Assembly (NCBI RefSeq): GCF_006345805.1 | Contig: NC_042998.1 | Span: 204,166,001-204,230,000 of the forward strand | Origin: Octopus sinensis | Lineage: Eukaryota | DNA length: 64,000 bases | Direction of reading: 5' to 3' | In this document: positions 48,651-61,830 of the stretch, in pieces | Layout: each line of letters begins with the position of its first letter | How positions within the stretch are numbered: position 1 is the stretch's first letter | The notes under the pieces: model-generated | What the model was told of the DNA's origin: nothing | The model's input: the letters and a program-made list of their open reading frames with translations, nothing else | The model's database searches: none | Position numbers and translations under genes: made by a program

Positions 48651-48890
48651 ACATTATTTACATTATTTACATTTCACAGATATTTGTCTTCATCTTGTTT
48701 GTTGTTAACACGTTTCGGCTGATATACCCTCCAGCCTTCATCAGGTGCCTAGGGGAAATTTCGAACCTGGGTTTTCATTCCCAAGGTATTTTGTCGTTGT
48801 TGTTGTTATTCAGGTCACTACCTGGAATCAAACTCGGAATCTTGGGGTTAGTAGCTCGCACTCTTAACCACTATGCCATATGCCTGTGGG
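48651..48890 (-). mobile_element. Family E copy nested inside a family B SINE
   Basis: Minus strand reads GCAC-CTGATGA-A-GGCTG-GAGGGTATAT-CAGCC-GAAAC-GTGTT. The B SINE is interrupted at ...ATACCAGTTG and resumes at TACTGAGGTCG. Confidence 0.8.
48706..48750 (-). ncRNA. Minimal hammerhead motif (family E) with a perfect core; NUH triplet lost by a 3-nt deletion
   Basis: CTGATGA (48744-48738), perfect 5-bp stem II GGCTG/CAGCC, GAAAC, then GTG instead of GTT-GTG. Confidence 0.55.
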
Positions 48891-48961
48891 TACTGAGGTC
48901 GGCGAAATCGACTAGCCCCCTCCTCCAAAGTTTCTGGCCTTCTGCTTATAATAGAAAGGAC

Positions 48962-48992
<31 letters not shown>

Positions 48993-49004
48993 GTTATTGT
49001 TCCT

Positions 49005-49675
49005 AAGGCAGTGAGCTGGCTGACTCATTAGCACACTGGGCGAAATGCTTAGCAGTATTTTGCCTGTGGCTACGTTCTGAGTTCAAATTCTGGCTTGGTC
49101 AACTTTACCTTTCATCTTTTCGGGGTCAAGTAAATAAGTACCAGTTACGCACTGGGGTCGATGTAATCAACTTAATCCCCTCCCCCAAGCTGCCCTTGTG
49201 GCAAATCGAAATCAAACTCGATGACTGGCATCCATTGCTAGTGGAGCACTAAGAGTACCATACGAGTGAGGTCGTTGCCAGAGCTACAAACTGGCCTTTG
49301 TGCTGGGGGCATGTGAACAAAACATTCAAGCGAGGTCGTTGCCAGAGCAACAAGCTGGCCTCTGTGCCGATGGCACATTAAGCACACCATTCGAGCGTGA
49401 TCGTTGCCACGTCACCTTACTAGCACTTGTGCTGGTGGCACATTAAAAGCACCTTTTCAGCGTGGCTGTTGCCTGTACCACCTAACTGGCCCTCATGCCG
49501 GTGGCACGTAAAAGCACCCACTACACTCTCGGAGTGGTTGGTGTTAGGAAGGGCCTCCAGCTGTAGAAACACTGCCAGATCAGACTGGAGTCTCATTCAA
49601 CAGACCTCAGTCAAATCGTCCGACCCATGCTAGCACGTAAAGCGGACGTTAAACGATGATAATCATCATCATCAT
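49005..49675 (+). mobile_element. Family B SINE joined directly to a family C body and tail
   Basis: B 49005-49200 continues into C internal repeats and the (GAT)n tail. Confidence 0.75.
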
Positions 49676-50079
49676 TATTATTATTATTACTGGTAATCCT
49701 TAGGATCCATTCAGGCGTTTTACATCAAATTAACTGCTTCAGTATTACAACATTACTCCTACTACTACTACTCATTTAATCTGGGTATTCTGCTGAGATT
49801 TAGTATGTTGTATCATTAGAAAATAAAGGAAAAACTGTTGTTTGTAAATTCATTTAAAAACCTACAGAAATGAAACAATAGAGAGAAAGAGAGAATGAGA
49901 GAGAGACAGACAGACAGACAGCAGAATAAGCCTGTTTCGAGTTACAAAAGAGACCTCATTATTCTCCGCCTTTTGTCATCTCTCCAGTAATGCAGCTTGT
50001 GATTTCCTCTTACTTCTCTGCACAGAATGGTTAGAATCTCAACTATGTCTGCAAGAATAGTGACAACAACAACAACAAC

Positions 50080-50472
50080 TCTCTTTTACTCTTTTACTTG
50101 TTTCAGTCATTTGACTGTGGCCATGCTGGAGCACCGCCTTTAGTCGATCGAGCAAATCGACCCCAGGACTTATTCTTTGTAAGCCCAGTACTTATTCTAT
50201 CGGTCTCTTTTGCCGAACCGCTATGTTACGGGGACGTAAACACACCAGCATCGGTTGTCAAGCGATGGTGGTGGTACAAACACACACACACACACACACA
50301 TACATATTCGATGGGCTTCTTTCTGTTTCCATCTACCAAATCCACTCACAAGGCTTTGGTTGGCCCGAGGCTATAGTAGAAGACACTTGCCCAAGGTGCC
50401 ACGCAGTGGGACTGAACCCGGAACCATGTGGCTGGTAAACAAGCTACTTACCACACAGCCACTCCTTCGCCT
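50080..50472 (-). mobile_element. SINE family A, full length
   Basis: Homology to the other copies. Confidence 0.9.
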
Positions 50473-50702
50473 ATAACAACAATAATAATGATAATAATGA
50501 TTTCAAATTTTGACTCAAGGCCAGTAATTTCAGCAAAGAGGATAAGTTAGTTGTATCGACGCCAGTGCTCAACTGGTACTTATTTCTTCAACCCTGGAAA
50601 GATGAAAAGGTACATTGATCTCAGCAGAAGGTCCATAAAGATGGACAAAATGCCAGCAGGCATTTTCTCCAGATTGCTAACAATTCTGCCAGTTCACAGC
50701 CA

Positions 50703-50940
50703 TAATCATCATCATCATCGTTTAACGTCTGTTTTCCATGCTAGCATGGGTTGGACGGTTCGACCGGGGTCTAGGAAGCCAGGAGGCTGCACCAGGTTCT
50801 AGTCTGATCTGGCAGTGTTTCTACAGCTGGATGCCCTTCCTAACGCCAACCACTCCGTGAGTGTAGTGGGTGGTTTTTACGTGCCACCGGCACAGGTATC
50901 ACAACTACAATTTCCATTTGATATTTATTTTGATGTTGAT
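50703..50940 (-). mobile_element. Family C (a + strand copy follows at 51120-51370)
   Basis: Homology to the other copies. Confidence 0.85.
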
Positions 50941-51648
50941 ATAAGTAATAATAATGATGATGATGATAATGTTGATGATGAGGTAAAGGAGGATGTTTGA
51001 CATTGGTCAACAATAATAATGTTCATCTTCGTTTAAGCATCGACATTTCCATTCTTGAGATGGAACATCTGAAGCAGATTTTCTATGCCAACTCTCACCT
51101 GTTTCCAAGCAAGGTGATATTTCTCCCCAGACTGGCCTCCGTGCTGGTAGCACGTAAAAAGCACTATCCAAATGTGATCGAGGCCAGACCCACCTGACTG
51201 GTTCCTGTGCCAGTGGCACATAAAAAGCACCCACTACATGCTTCGAGTGGTTGGCATTAGGAAGGGCATCCAGCCATAGAAACCATGCTACAAATCAGAT
51301 CAGAACCTGGTGCAGCCCCTTGGCTTACCAGTTTTCAGTCAAACTCGAAAGCGAAAGTAAAATGATGATAATATATATTTGGGTGTGTGTATGTCATTGT
51401 GTCTGTTTGCTGCCACCCACCACCCCACACACACACACACGCGCATGCACACAGAGACACTGCTTGACAACCAATGTTGGGGTAGTCACATCTCCATAAC
51501 TTAGCAGTTCAGCAAAAAGGACTGACAGAATAAGTACCAGTCTTTTAAAAACATAAGTACTGGGGTCAATTCATTCAACTAAAAGTTCTTCAAGGCAGTG
51601 CTCCAGTATGGCCACAGCCAAATAACTGAAGTTAAAAAAATAAAAAAG

Positions 51649-51723
<75 letters not shown>

Positions 51724-51954
51724 GCACTTCTTTGTCGTCAGTTCCAATGATTTTCACCATTTTTCCATCTTTTTTAGGTTTCCCCATTCTTCCTTTGTTT
51801 TTGGTTTTTGTACTTTTACAGCCACTGATTCCGTTCGGCTTCCCATTCTAATTCCTCAAAACCAATCAACAAAATCCTTCAATTAGGTCGAGGCCATTGC
51901 AAGTTTACTTTATAAATAAGTTTAATGAAATGAAATTTTCTTCTTTTCTCTTTC

Positions 51955-52160
51955 TTTTACTCTCTTTTACTTGTTTTACTCATTTGACTGCGGCCATGCT
52001 GGTGCACCCCCTTTAGTCGAACAAATCGATCCCAGGACTTATTCTTTGTAAGCTTAGTACTTATCCTATCAGCCACTTTTGCCGAATTGCTAAGTTATAG
52101 GGACGTAAAGACACCAACACCTGTTGTCAAGCGATGGTGGGTGGGACAAACACACACACA
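51955..52160 (-). mobile_element. SINE family A, 3' half (a further + strand 3' half lies at 51380-51640)
   Basis: Homology to the other copies. Confidence 0.75.
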
Positions 52161-52662
52161 CATTTTTTTAATGGGCTTTTTTTCTTTTTTTTTGTGGTTT
52201 AAATGTTTCCAGCCATGTATGCGTATGAATTACACATTTATTTTAACCCGTGAATATCCATCTCAGTACCAGCTACTTAGGTGTAATAAATTTGTATTGA
52301 AAATTCATTGAAGTCTGATTGTGTCTGATTCATTAGATGAATGCTAAAATATAATATTTGCCGAGGGATTTAATTAAACCCATGACTTATAAGCTAACGA
52401 TCTCCTGCCTCAACATACTTGCCACTCTCTATCCTTGTTACATGTATTTTCCGGTTTAACGATTTAACAATTTAGAAATTTATTTCTCTTCATTATCTTA
52501 TTGTCTAAATCCTTACACTACTACTGCTACCACTACTACTACCTGTGGTGACACCTGAGAGAATTTCTATTGAAACCTAAATTCTTTTTGGTGTGACCTT
52601 CCTCCTTACAGTCCTTCATTTATCCAAAAGCTATCACAGTTCAATATTTTAAGTTCTCATTA

Positions 52663-52880
52663 AGGTCGCAAGCTGGCAGAATTGTTACCATGCCGGGCAA
52701 AATGCCTAGTGGTATTTAGTCCATCCTTATGTACTGGAACCAAATTCTACCAAGGTCAACTTTGCCTGTCATCTTTTTAGGGGGTCAGTAAAATAAGTAC
52801 CAGTTGAGTACTGGGGTCAGTCTAATTGACTTAACCCCTTCTTCAAAATCGCTGGCCTTGTGCCAAAATTTGAAACCAAT
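52663..52880 (+). mobile_element. SINE family B, degenerate (another on the minus strand at 50495-50700)
   Basis: Homology to the other copies. Confidence 0.7.
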
Positions 52881-53144
52881 ATTATAAGTTCCAAGGGCAT
52901 GAAATGTTTTTGGTGCTGGTGGTTTGAAGATGACTTATTCAACATCAGGCATTTTGGGGTTTCTTCCCCCCCCCGGCCACCCCCACCACCACCTCTCTCT
53001 CTCTCTGTCTATGGAGATGGAAAGTATCTACGTCAGTTGTGTTCAATTAATGAATTGCAATGTCTCTCTTTCTCTCTCTCCTCCCCACACTTTCTCACTG
53101 TCACTCTTTGCTGCTTCTTCCTTGCTTTCTCTCTTTGTCTGCTA

Positions 53145-53196
<52 letters not shown>

Positions 53197-53387
53197 CACC
53201 ATCATCACCATCATCATCATTTAATGCTTGTTTTCCATGATGACATGAATTGTACCGTTTGACCAGAGCTAGTAAGACCAGGGGCTGCACCCAGCTCTGT
53301 TGCCTGTCCTGGCATGGTTTCTATTTCTGTGGGGTGGTGGGTGCATGTGTGTTCATCTTGGCCTCCAGTGTCAAAAAATACTCTCAC

Positions 53388-53555
53388 CAAACCATTCTGA
53401 ATCTCTGGTCAGCCATGCCAAATTGTCAGCATCCCAACAGTTGTACCCAACCATTTTATTCAACTGGAGTAAAAGAACTTTCACGTGCCCAAAACAGCTG
53501 AAAGAATGTTGAAGGAACTCCAACCGTTTCCAGCCAATTCTTAAATTACCATTGT
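53388..53555 (-). CDS. Candidate coding exon (168 nt, phase 1 to 1)
   Basis: Acceptor TTACTAAAAG, donor GTGAGA; NGNLRIGWKRLEFLQHSFSCFGHVKVLLLQLNKMVGYNCWDADNLAWLTRDSEWF. Confidence 0.3.
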
Positions 53556-55302
53556 CTTTTAGTAACAGGAATTTAGTGTTTGTAATTAAGCATTTTGGCA
53601 ATTGTTAGAGACAACAGTTTCACTTCACCAATAAATACAATGACACTTATTAGTTAATTACTAATCTCAATTAACTTGCTGCTCTTTTATCTTTATCTTT
53701 TACTCATTCCAGTCATTTGACTGTGGCCATACTCAGGCACAATTGACTCCATCACTTAATTTCTTCTTCTTTAAGCCTGGTACTTATTCTATCAAAAGAG
53801 ATTGATAGAATAAGTATCAGGCTTAAAAAAAAAACAAGTACTGGGGTTGCTCTTTGTTTGCCCCAGCATGGCCGCAGTCTAATAAAAGAATCAAAATAAA
53901 CTCAATTTTTAACAAACTTTCATTTCTCTCAGTCTTCAAAGTCGTTATTTTTATTTCAGTTTTGCTTTATTTTATTTCTCTGTAACAAATAAAAGGTAAA
54001 TGGTTTTTTCTTTTTGTTCTTTAATCCATGATATTTTTGTCCTTCAATCCAATTCCAGTTTCCAATCTGCTGTACTTTGCATTCCATATTTCTGTATTAA
54101 AATCTTCACAACTGCCATCTGCAGTTTCCTTTGCTGAATCCAATGTAAACAGTTTCAATTTCCAAATTTGCTTTCCATTTTTTTCCTTCTTTTTTATAAA
54201 TCTTATTCCTGAAGGTGCATGGCCCAGTGGTTAGCTGTGCTACACTCATGATCGCTAGATTCTGGGTTCGATTCCTGGACCAGGTGGCATATTGCGTTCT
54301 TAAACACTTCACTTCATGTTGTTCCAGTCCACTCCACTGTAAATGAGTAACCGCCCCGTGGTGGTACTGCCATCCGATCTGGGGTTTGCTCACCTCATCA
54401 GTGTGGTGGCATCGTTTGAAAGCTAAAAAGACTGCCAACCAAACGAAGAAACTTCCTTTCTTTAACGACCAGATTAAGGACGACCTGTTGAGTGTTTATT
54501 ATTGCAGGACACACTACCATATTTACGGTAGATCTTGGAAGGATCAAACACACACACACACACACACATGGAGCATGTGTTTCTTAGTGGCATAACAATC
54601 CTCCCAGGATACAACAAAATCTCTTTCAATACATGACTTCACATCAAGAATCTTGCAAACCAAATACAAATCCACAAATATTCTTTAACCTAAAATCTCC
54701 TCCTCGAGAGATCCTCTGAATCTTTTCTTTTGTATTTTCCATAAGATTTATTTACATTTAAACCTTCTTCTTTTTTTTCTTTTTTCTTTCACTGGATTCA
54801 GTATATGGACTGTGGCGATACTAGGTCACTACACTCAAGTTCTTCATGTGATTCTATCAACCCCAATACTTTGTACGGTACATATTTTTATCAGCTTCAT
54901 CAAATAAGCAAGGTGCGTAAAGGGATATAATAATGCTGGAGTGAATTTTCTTCTTTTTGTTCAACGCGCCAACTCTTCTCTCCTCTGCTGTTACATATGC
55001 ATATGTAAATATATATATACACACACACACACATGCATATATAGATAGATATATTACAAAAAAGGAGGCAGTCAGAATTTTAGATAATTATTTATTTAGT
55101 TCATCTCATTTCAGAGATTCATCAGGGTTGAGGCCTTAACATAAAATTTATGCCTCTATACAGGAGTCAGTTGAAAAACTCCAGATATTTTTGAACTAAC
55201 TCACACATATATAAACGAGATGAAAATACTCAATAAATAATTAACCAAAATTCTGATTTCTTCCTTTTTCTTAATATATAAAATTTGTACACCAATTCAA
55301 AC

Positions 55303-55378
<76 letters not shown>

Positions 55379-55538
55379 CATACATAATTACACACACACA
55401 ATGGGCTTCAGCAGAGTTTTCAGGCTTTGGTTAACTCATATTCTTCAATTAACAGAAAATCCAAACTAATTCCGTCTTAGACCTCTTCAAGCTCTGTTAT
55501 TGCTGCCTAATAATTATCTGAATTTTCTTAAAAGCTGG

Positions 55539-56654
55539 TACGAGGGGGTATCAAAAAGTTCCCAGACTAGCTTTGTAGCATGCCAACAGATGGCAGCACA
55601 TGGTTGCATGTGCAGTGAGAGCTAGCAGTGACATTCACGAGGAAGTGTGCTGAATGACCTCACTGTGTTTGCTTCACAAGTTGTGAAGTTTGTGTTTTTG
55701 TGATCACGGGTGTGTGCTGTAGTCTGCGATTTTGTCGTGGACAGGAAGTCGGAACAAAGAGCCAACGTGAAGTTTTGCATGAAACTTGGGAAGTCTGCTA
55801 CAGAGAAATTGAGACTGCTTCTGCAAGCTTATGGTAACGAGGTAATGGGTCGTACACAATGTTTCAAGTGACATGGATGCTTCAAAAGTGGAAGGACATC
55901 CCTGGAAGATGGTGAGCAATCTGGAATACCTGCCATGAGCGTCACCTCCAGAAATGTGATATTGTGCATCGAGAATTTGTGCCCCAGGGCCAGACCATCA
56001 ATTCGTCCCCCAAAGCCAGACCATCGATTCCTCCCCCAGGGCCAGACCATCAATTTGTCCCCCAGGGCCAGACCATCAATTCGTCCCCCAGGGCCAGACC
56101 GTCAATTCCTCCCCCAGGGCCAGACCATCAATTCGTCCCCCAAGGCCAGACCATCAATTCATCCCCCAGGGCCAGACCATCAATTTGTCCCCCAGGGCCA
56201 GACCATCAATTGAGAGTTCTACTGCAGCATTTTGAAGTGTTTGAAGGAAGACATTCAGCGAAAGCGACCAGATGTGTGGAGAGCAAAGAATTGGATTCTT
56301 CATGATGACAAAGCCCTCAGTTTAGCAAGCTCTCCTTCCTTGTGAGTTTCTCACCAAAAATAACATGAAACCACTTTCGCACCCACCCTATTCACCAGAT
56401 TTTCCATCTCTTCCCCAAGATGAAAATGTGGCTCAGAGGTCACCATTTTAACACCATTATCAAAACCCAGAGCAAATAGCAAAAGATTCTTGACTCACTT
56501 ACAGAAAACGTTCTACAGGCCAGGTTCCAAAATTGGCAGGAATGCAAGAACCGGTGCATTGCTGCACAAGGTAACTATTTCAAAGGAGACGATGTTAAAA
56601 CTTAGATTAGTTATTTTTTATTAGACATAACTAGTCCTGGAACTTTTTGATACC
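55539..56654 (+). mobile_element. Internally deleted mariner transposon
   Basis: TIRs TACGAGGGGGTATCAAAAAGTTCCCAGACTAG and CTAGTCCTGGAACTTTTTGATACC. Transposase relics EQRANVKFCMKLGKSATE..AYGNEVMGRTQCF, EFVPQGQTIN, RKRPDVWRAKNWILHDD and HPPYSPD. Confidence 0.9.
55976..56209 (+). repeat. Minisatellite, 9 x 26 bp, inside the mariner transposase relic
   Basis: Unit TTYSTCCCCCAGGGCCAGACCATCAA with no spacers. Confidence 0.95.
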
Positions 56655-57467
56655 AATTTGCAACTAATAATTTGCGTCTAAATATTACTAAATGTTTTGT
56701 TTCATAATTGCCATTTCTTGTCAATAATGAAAAATCAGTCTAACATTTGTGTGTCTTCTAATATGGTGGGATAAAGTATTGTATACCTGTATTATTGTGT
56801 CTATTCATATAGGGGCTGAAAGCTGAAAAAATAAATGTGAGTTCACACAAAGATTATGAGTTGCAATTTTGCATTCTATCGACCTGCTAATGAGTTCTTT
56901 CAAAAGAAAAAAGAAAAAAAGATACCCTACCACTTCACGTTTGGCTGGCAAGTGATGAAGCAGGCTCTTTCAAAGCATTGCAGCAGAAGGCATTTACCCC
57001 AGGAGCCATGCAATTGAACTGAATCTGGAACCATGTGGTTGGGAAGCAAACTTCTCCCCACACAACCATACCAGTAACCTTCTTGGGTATCTAGATATGT
57101 CTTTGATGACTTACTTCTTCAGCTGGTAATGGATAATTGTTCTTGAGAAAACTTAACAATAAATATTAGCTGTGCATGACAAGAGGTTGGTCTTGGAAAA
57201 AACAAAAACGCACTGGAATGTATGGTGTTTTTTGTAGCAACATGGAGAAAGGCCCTACTGATAGGAAGGGACAATGGGTAAGTCCTCAACAGAAAGATGT
57301 GGTGACCTTGGGAGCTTTTTAAGAGTTGTGTGACCTTTGACATCAGTTTTGTCAATTGGAATCTCTATTAGAACCAAGGAAACAAAGAGGACAGCTAAAT
57401 GCTAAAACTAAGTCATGGCAATGACAACAGTCCACACAGATATTTACCATACAACAACAACAACAGT

Positions 57468-57509
57468 AGTGGTGGTGGTGGTGGTGGTGGTGGTGGTGGT
57501 GGTGGTGGT
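57468..57509. repeat. (GGT)n trinucleotide repeat
   Basis: Direct reading. Confidence 0.95.
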
Positions 57510-57658
57510 ACAATGAAAGTATAAATGCAATCACTACTTGAAAAGCTTCATGGAATTCTATTTTAAAAGAAGTTATACTCGTGTTTTCCACATGACGTGT
57601 TTGAAAGAAGAACTGCTTGTGTGTGTGTGTGTACATGCATTCTGCTTGTTCACCTGCT

Positions 57659-57695
<37 letters not shown>

Positions 57696-57812
57696 TATGT
57701 TTTGTATACAAACAGATGTACGACTGTTACCTTTTGAGCTTGCTGCTCCGTGTAGATCGTCAGTGATAGAGAGAATTCTTCCTTATATCAAAAGACATAT
57801 TGAACCAACCAT

Positions 57813-58163
57813 ACTCTTTACTCTTTTACTTGTTTCAGTCATTTGACTGCGGCCATGCTGGAGCACCACCTTTAGTCGAGCATATCGACCCTGGGACTTA
57901 TTCTTTGTAAGCCCAGTACTTATTCTATCGGTCTCTTTTGCCGAACCGCTAAGTGACGGGGGACATAAAAACACCAACATCAGTTGTCAAGCAATGCTAG
58001 GGTGACAAACACGCATATATATACATATATACGACGAGCTTCTTTCAGTTTCCGTCTACCAAATCCACTCACAAGGCTTTGGTCGGCCCAAGGTGCCACG
58101 CAGTGGGACTGAACCCGGAAGCATGTGGCTGGTAGACAAGCTACTTACCACACAGCCACTCTT
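57813..58163 (-). mobile_element. SINE family A
   Basis: Homology to the other copies. Confidence 0.85.
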
Positions 58164-58199
58164 GTATATATTTCATTTTCTGTCTACTTAACCCCACTG

Positions 58200-58536
58200 T
58201 GATGAGGTTTGGTAGACAGAAACTGAAGGAAGCCTGTCGTGTGTGTATGTCATCATCATCGTTTAATGTCTGTTTTCCATGCTAGCATGGGTTGGACGGT
58301 TCAACTGGGGTCTGGGAGACCAGGAGGCTGCACCAGGCTCCAACTGTCTGATTTGGCAGTGTTTCTACAGCTGGATGCCCTTCCTAATGCCAACCACTCC
58401 ATGTGTGTAGTGGGTGGTTTTTACATGCCACCAGAACAGAAGCAAGTCAAGGTGGCGCTGGCATCGACCACGTTCAGTTGGTGCTTTTTACGTGCCACCG
58501 GCACGGGTATCACAACTACAATTTCCATTTGATATT

Positions 58537-58578
<42 letters not shown>

Positions 58579-58730
58579 TAGATAGATAGATGTGTATGTA
58601 TGTTGTGTCACTACCACACCACCATTTGACAACCAGTGTTGGTGTGTTTACATCCCTGTAACTTAGTGGTTCAGCAAAACAGATCGATAGAATAAGCACC
58701 AAGCTGATAAATCCAAATCCTGGGGTTAAT
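58200..58730 (+). mobile_element. SINE family A split by a minus-strand family C element (58250-58540)
   Basis: ...GAAGCCTGTCGTGTGTGTATGT, then the C copy, then microsatellite and the A 3' half. Confidence 0.75.
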
Positions 58731-58794
58731 TCCTACTACATTTGTGGTGGGGGCTGCTGTTCTGGTGTTGAAATGTAGAGAGCTGGGGGAAGGG

Positions 58795-59177
58795 TGTTAC
58801 GTTGTACGTCTTGAAACTAAAACTCAACAAGTGTCCTGCTCCATGCTGAACTGAGCCGACATACATGTAGTTGAGAGCAATTAAGAGTGTGTATGTAATT
58901 GACAAAACAATTAGCTTGATGGCTGACTCTAATCAAGTCATTAGTTTAAATACTTTGTAAATTAAGGCAATCTGAATGGTTGTTACTTTTTCTGTATATT
59001 TTCCTTGTTTTGTGTTTTTCTGTAATTCTTGTATCGGAAGTTAACTGTTTAGTTTGAAATGAAGTAGTTTAATTCTAGGTGCAGGTGAGTGAAGTCTGTA
59101 ATCATCTTTGCTTCGTTATTTTATTTCCTTCTCTTAAATACACCTCACTCCTTTGATTCAGTGATTTTTAGCCAACA
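58795..59177. mobile_element. Possible solo LTR
   Basis: TGTTA...CCAACA termini only; no TSD. Confidence 0.2.
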
Positions 59178-60304
59178 TCATCATCATCATCATCATATGT
59201 CCATTTTCCATGCTGGAATGGGTTGGCCATTCTGACCAGAGCTGGCACCCAGCTCCAGTCGTTTGCTTTCGTATGGATGCCCTTCTTAATGCCAGCATCT
59301 GTGGGGTAGCCAAGTCAATTGCAAGACAAGGCTATCTCAGCTGAAAAAAGGGGAGGAACCTAGAGAAGTGGCCATGTGTCAGGCAAGAGGTTGGAGTATG
59401 ATTGAGTAACAGGGGTAGCTGTCTTACTACAGAGGTGATACTTGGGTACCCCAGTAGGACAAGGAAGGAGAGGGAGGTGGGAGAGATTAAGAGAGAAAGG
59501 TAAAGGCAAGTGAAAGTGAGAGGGCCTACCCACAGGGAACAGTGTGGGGTGGTATAAGTAGGACAGAGTGGACAGTGAAGATAGTGGATTATTGACCTGT
59601 CCATTCTTTTGATTTAGTGAGTCTATGGTGTTGTTGGCCTCTGCTTTCAACTATACAAATCCTACCTCTGATGTTGAGTTATTTTCTGATGGTAAACACC
59701 ACTTACCACAGTCTACCTTGTTGACAATAGCACCAGGTTCTGTTGTTTCGTTGCTATGGTGTTTAGCAGCAATAAAGCAGTAGATTTGTATATTTTGTTC
59801 CACTTCTTAAAAATCTCACAAATATTTGTGAAACATTCCACTCCACCCATGCCAGTCTGGAAATTTCTCTGGATTATTTATAGATTAGCTGATATAAAAT
59901 ACTGGTGCACTTCATATGGGAAGGTTTTTAAAATGTGTTTAAAGAAAAACCTGTTTCAAGCAGTCGATTGTGGCCATGCTGGAGCACTGCCTGGAAGAGT
60001 TTAGTCAAACAAATCAACTCCAGTACTTATTTTTTTAAAGCCTGGTGCTTATTCTGTCCATTTCTTTTGCCAAACTGCTTAGTTACAGGGATATAAACAA
60101 ACCAACATCAGTTGTCAGTGAAGTAGTGGTGAGGGACGAAGGTAAAGACCCACACATACAGAGGGTTTCCTCACAGTTTCTGTCTACCAAATTCACTCAG
60201 CCAAGACATTGGTTGGCCTGCAGTTATACTAGAACAATGGTTCTCAACCCTTTCACTTAAATGAGTGTTCCTACAGACGATTTTTAGTATGCTTATCCTT
60301 ATAT

Positions 60305-61240
60305 CATCAGCATCATCGTTTAACGTCTGCTTTCCATGCTAGCATGGGTTTGAAGATTTGACTGAGGACTGGCGAACCAGGTGGCTGCACCAGGATCCAA
60401 TCTAATCTGGCTGAGTTTCTACAGCTGGATGCCCTTCCTAATGCCAACCACGCCAAGAGTGTAGTAGGTGCTTTTTACGTGCCACCGGCACGAGGGCCAG
60501 TCTGGCAGTACTGGCAACGGCCACACTCGAAAATGGTGTTTTTTACATGCCACCTTCACAGGAGCCGCTCAAATGTTTTGTTCACGTGCCACCGACACAA
60601 GTGCCAGTGAGGCAACGCTGACAATGATCACGCTCAAATGGTGCCCTTTACGTGCCACCGGCATGGAAGCCAGACAGCTGCTCTGGCAGTGATACCGCTT
60701 GGATGGAGCTGTTAGCGCTCCACTGGCACAGGTGCCAGTCGACAAATTTGGTTCAATTTCGATTTCACTTGCCTCATATATATATATAATCATCATCATC
60801 GTTTAACATCCACTTTCCATGCTGGCATGGGTTGGGTGATTTGACTGAGGACTGGCGAGCCAGTAGGCTGCAACAGGCTCCAATCTGACCTGGCAAGGTT
60901 TTTACAGCTGGATGCCCTCCCTAACACTAACCACTCCAAGAATGTAGTAGGTGCTTTTTACGTGCCACCAGCACAGGAGACAGTCAGGCGGCACTGGCAT
61001 CAACCACATCTGGATTGTGCTTTTTACATGCCACTGGCATGAGAGCGTGTCAGGAGGTACTGGCATCAACCACATTTGGATGAGGTTTTTTACATGCCGC
61101 TGGCACGGGAAACAGTCAGGCATCACTGGCATTGACCCATGCTCGAATGGTGCTTATTACGCGCTATCAGCACAGGTGCCAGTCAGGCAGCACTGGCCCT
61201 GACTATGATTTCGATTTCACTTGACCCAACAGGTTTTCTC
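60305..61240 (-). mobile_element. Two tandem long family C copies
   Basis: (CAT)n tails at about 60305 and 60789. Confidence 0.85.
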
Positions 61241-61439
61241 AAGCACGTCTTATTGCCTAGACCCCCAGTACAACCTTTACAGACAACCAGCTATCCACAG
61301 GCCACAGGTTGGGAACCACTCTACTAGAAGGCATTTGCCAATGGTTTGCTGGATTTGAACCTGGAACCATGGGTTTGCTAAGTGAGCATCTACACAGCCT
61401 TGCTTATACCTGTGTATACTGCTCCTTGTTTCCAATTAA

Positions 61440-61830
61440 TTTTCAATCTTTTATCTTTTATTTGTTTCAGTCATTAGACTGTGGTCATGCTGGGGCACCA
61501 TCTTAAAGAATTTCAATTAAATGAATCGACCCCAGGACTTATTTAAGACTGATACTTATTCTACTGGTCTCTTTTGCTAGGTTACAAGGGACATCAACAA
61601 ACCAACACCAGTTGTCAAGTAGTTGTGGTGGGGAAGAAACACAGAAACAAAGACATACACATACGAAGGGCTTCTTTCAGCTTCTGTCTATCACATCCAT
61701 TCACAAGACTTTTGTTGGCCCAGGAATGTAGCTGGAGACATTTGCCCAAAGTGTTACACAGTGGGACGGAACCCAGAACTGTGTCAGTGGGAAGCAAACA
61801 TCTTACCACGTTGCCACACTTGCACCTATA
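61440..61830 (-). mobile_element. SINE family A, degenerate (another at 59950-60225)
   Basis: Homology to the other copies. Confidence 0.7.

Noticed and set aside
55976-56209. CRISPR-like array
   Set aside because: Units are contiguous with no unique spacers, derive from a mariner transposase, and there are no cas genes; the DNA is eukaryotic.
57113-57290. Micro-exon candidates (minus NNYPLPAEE; plus 40-nt exon)
   Set aside because: Strong GTAAGT donors, but too short to distinguish from chance without RNA data.
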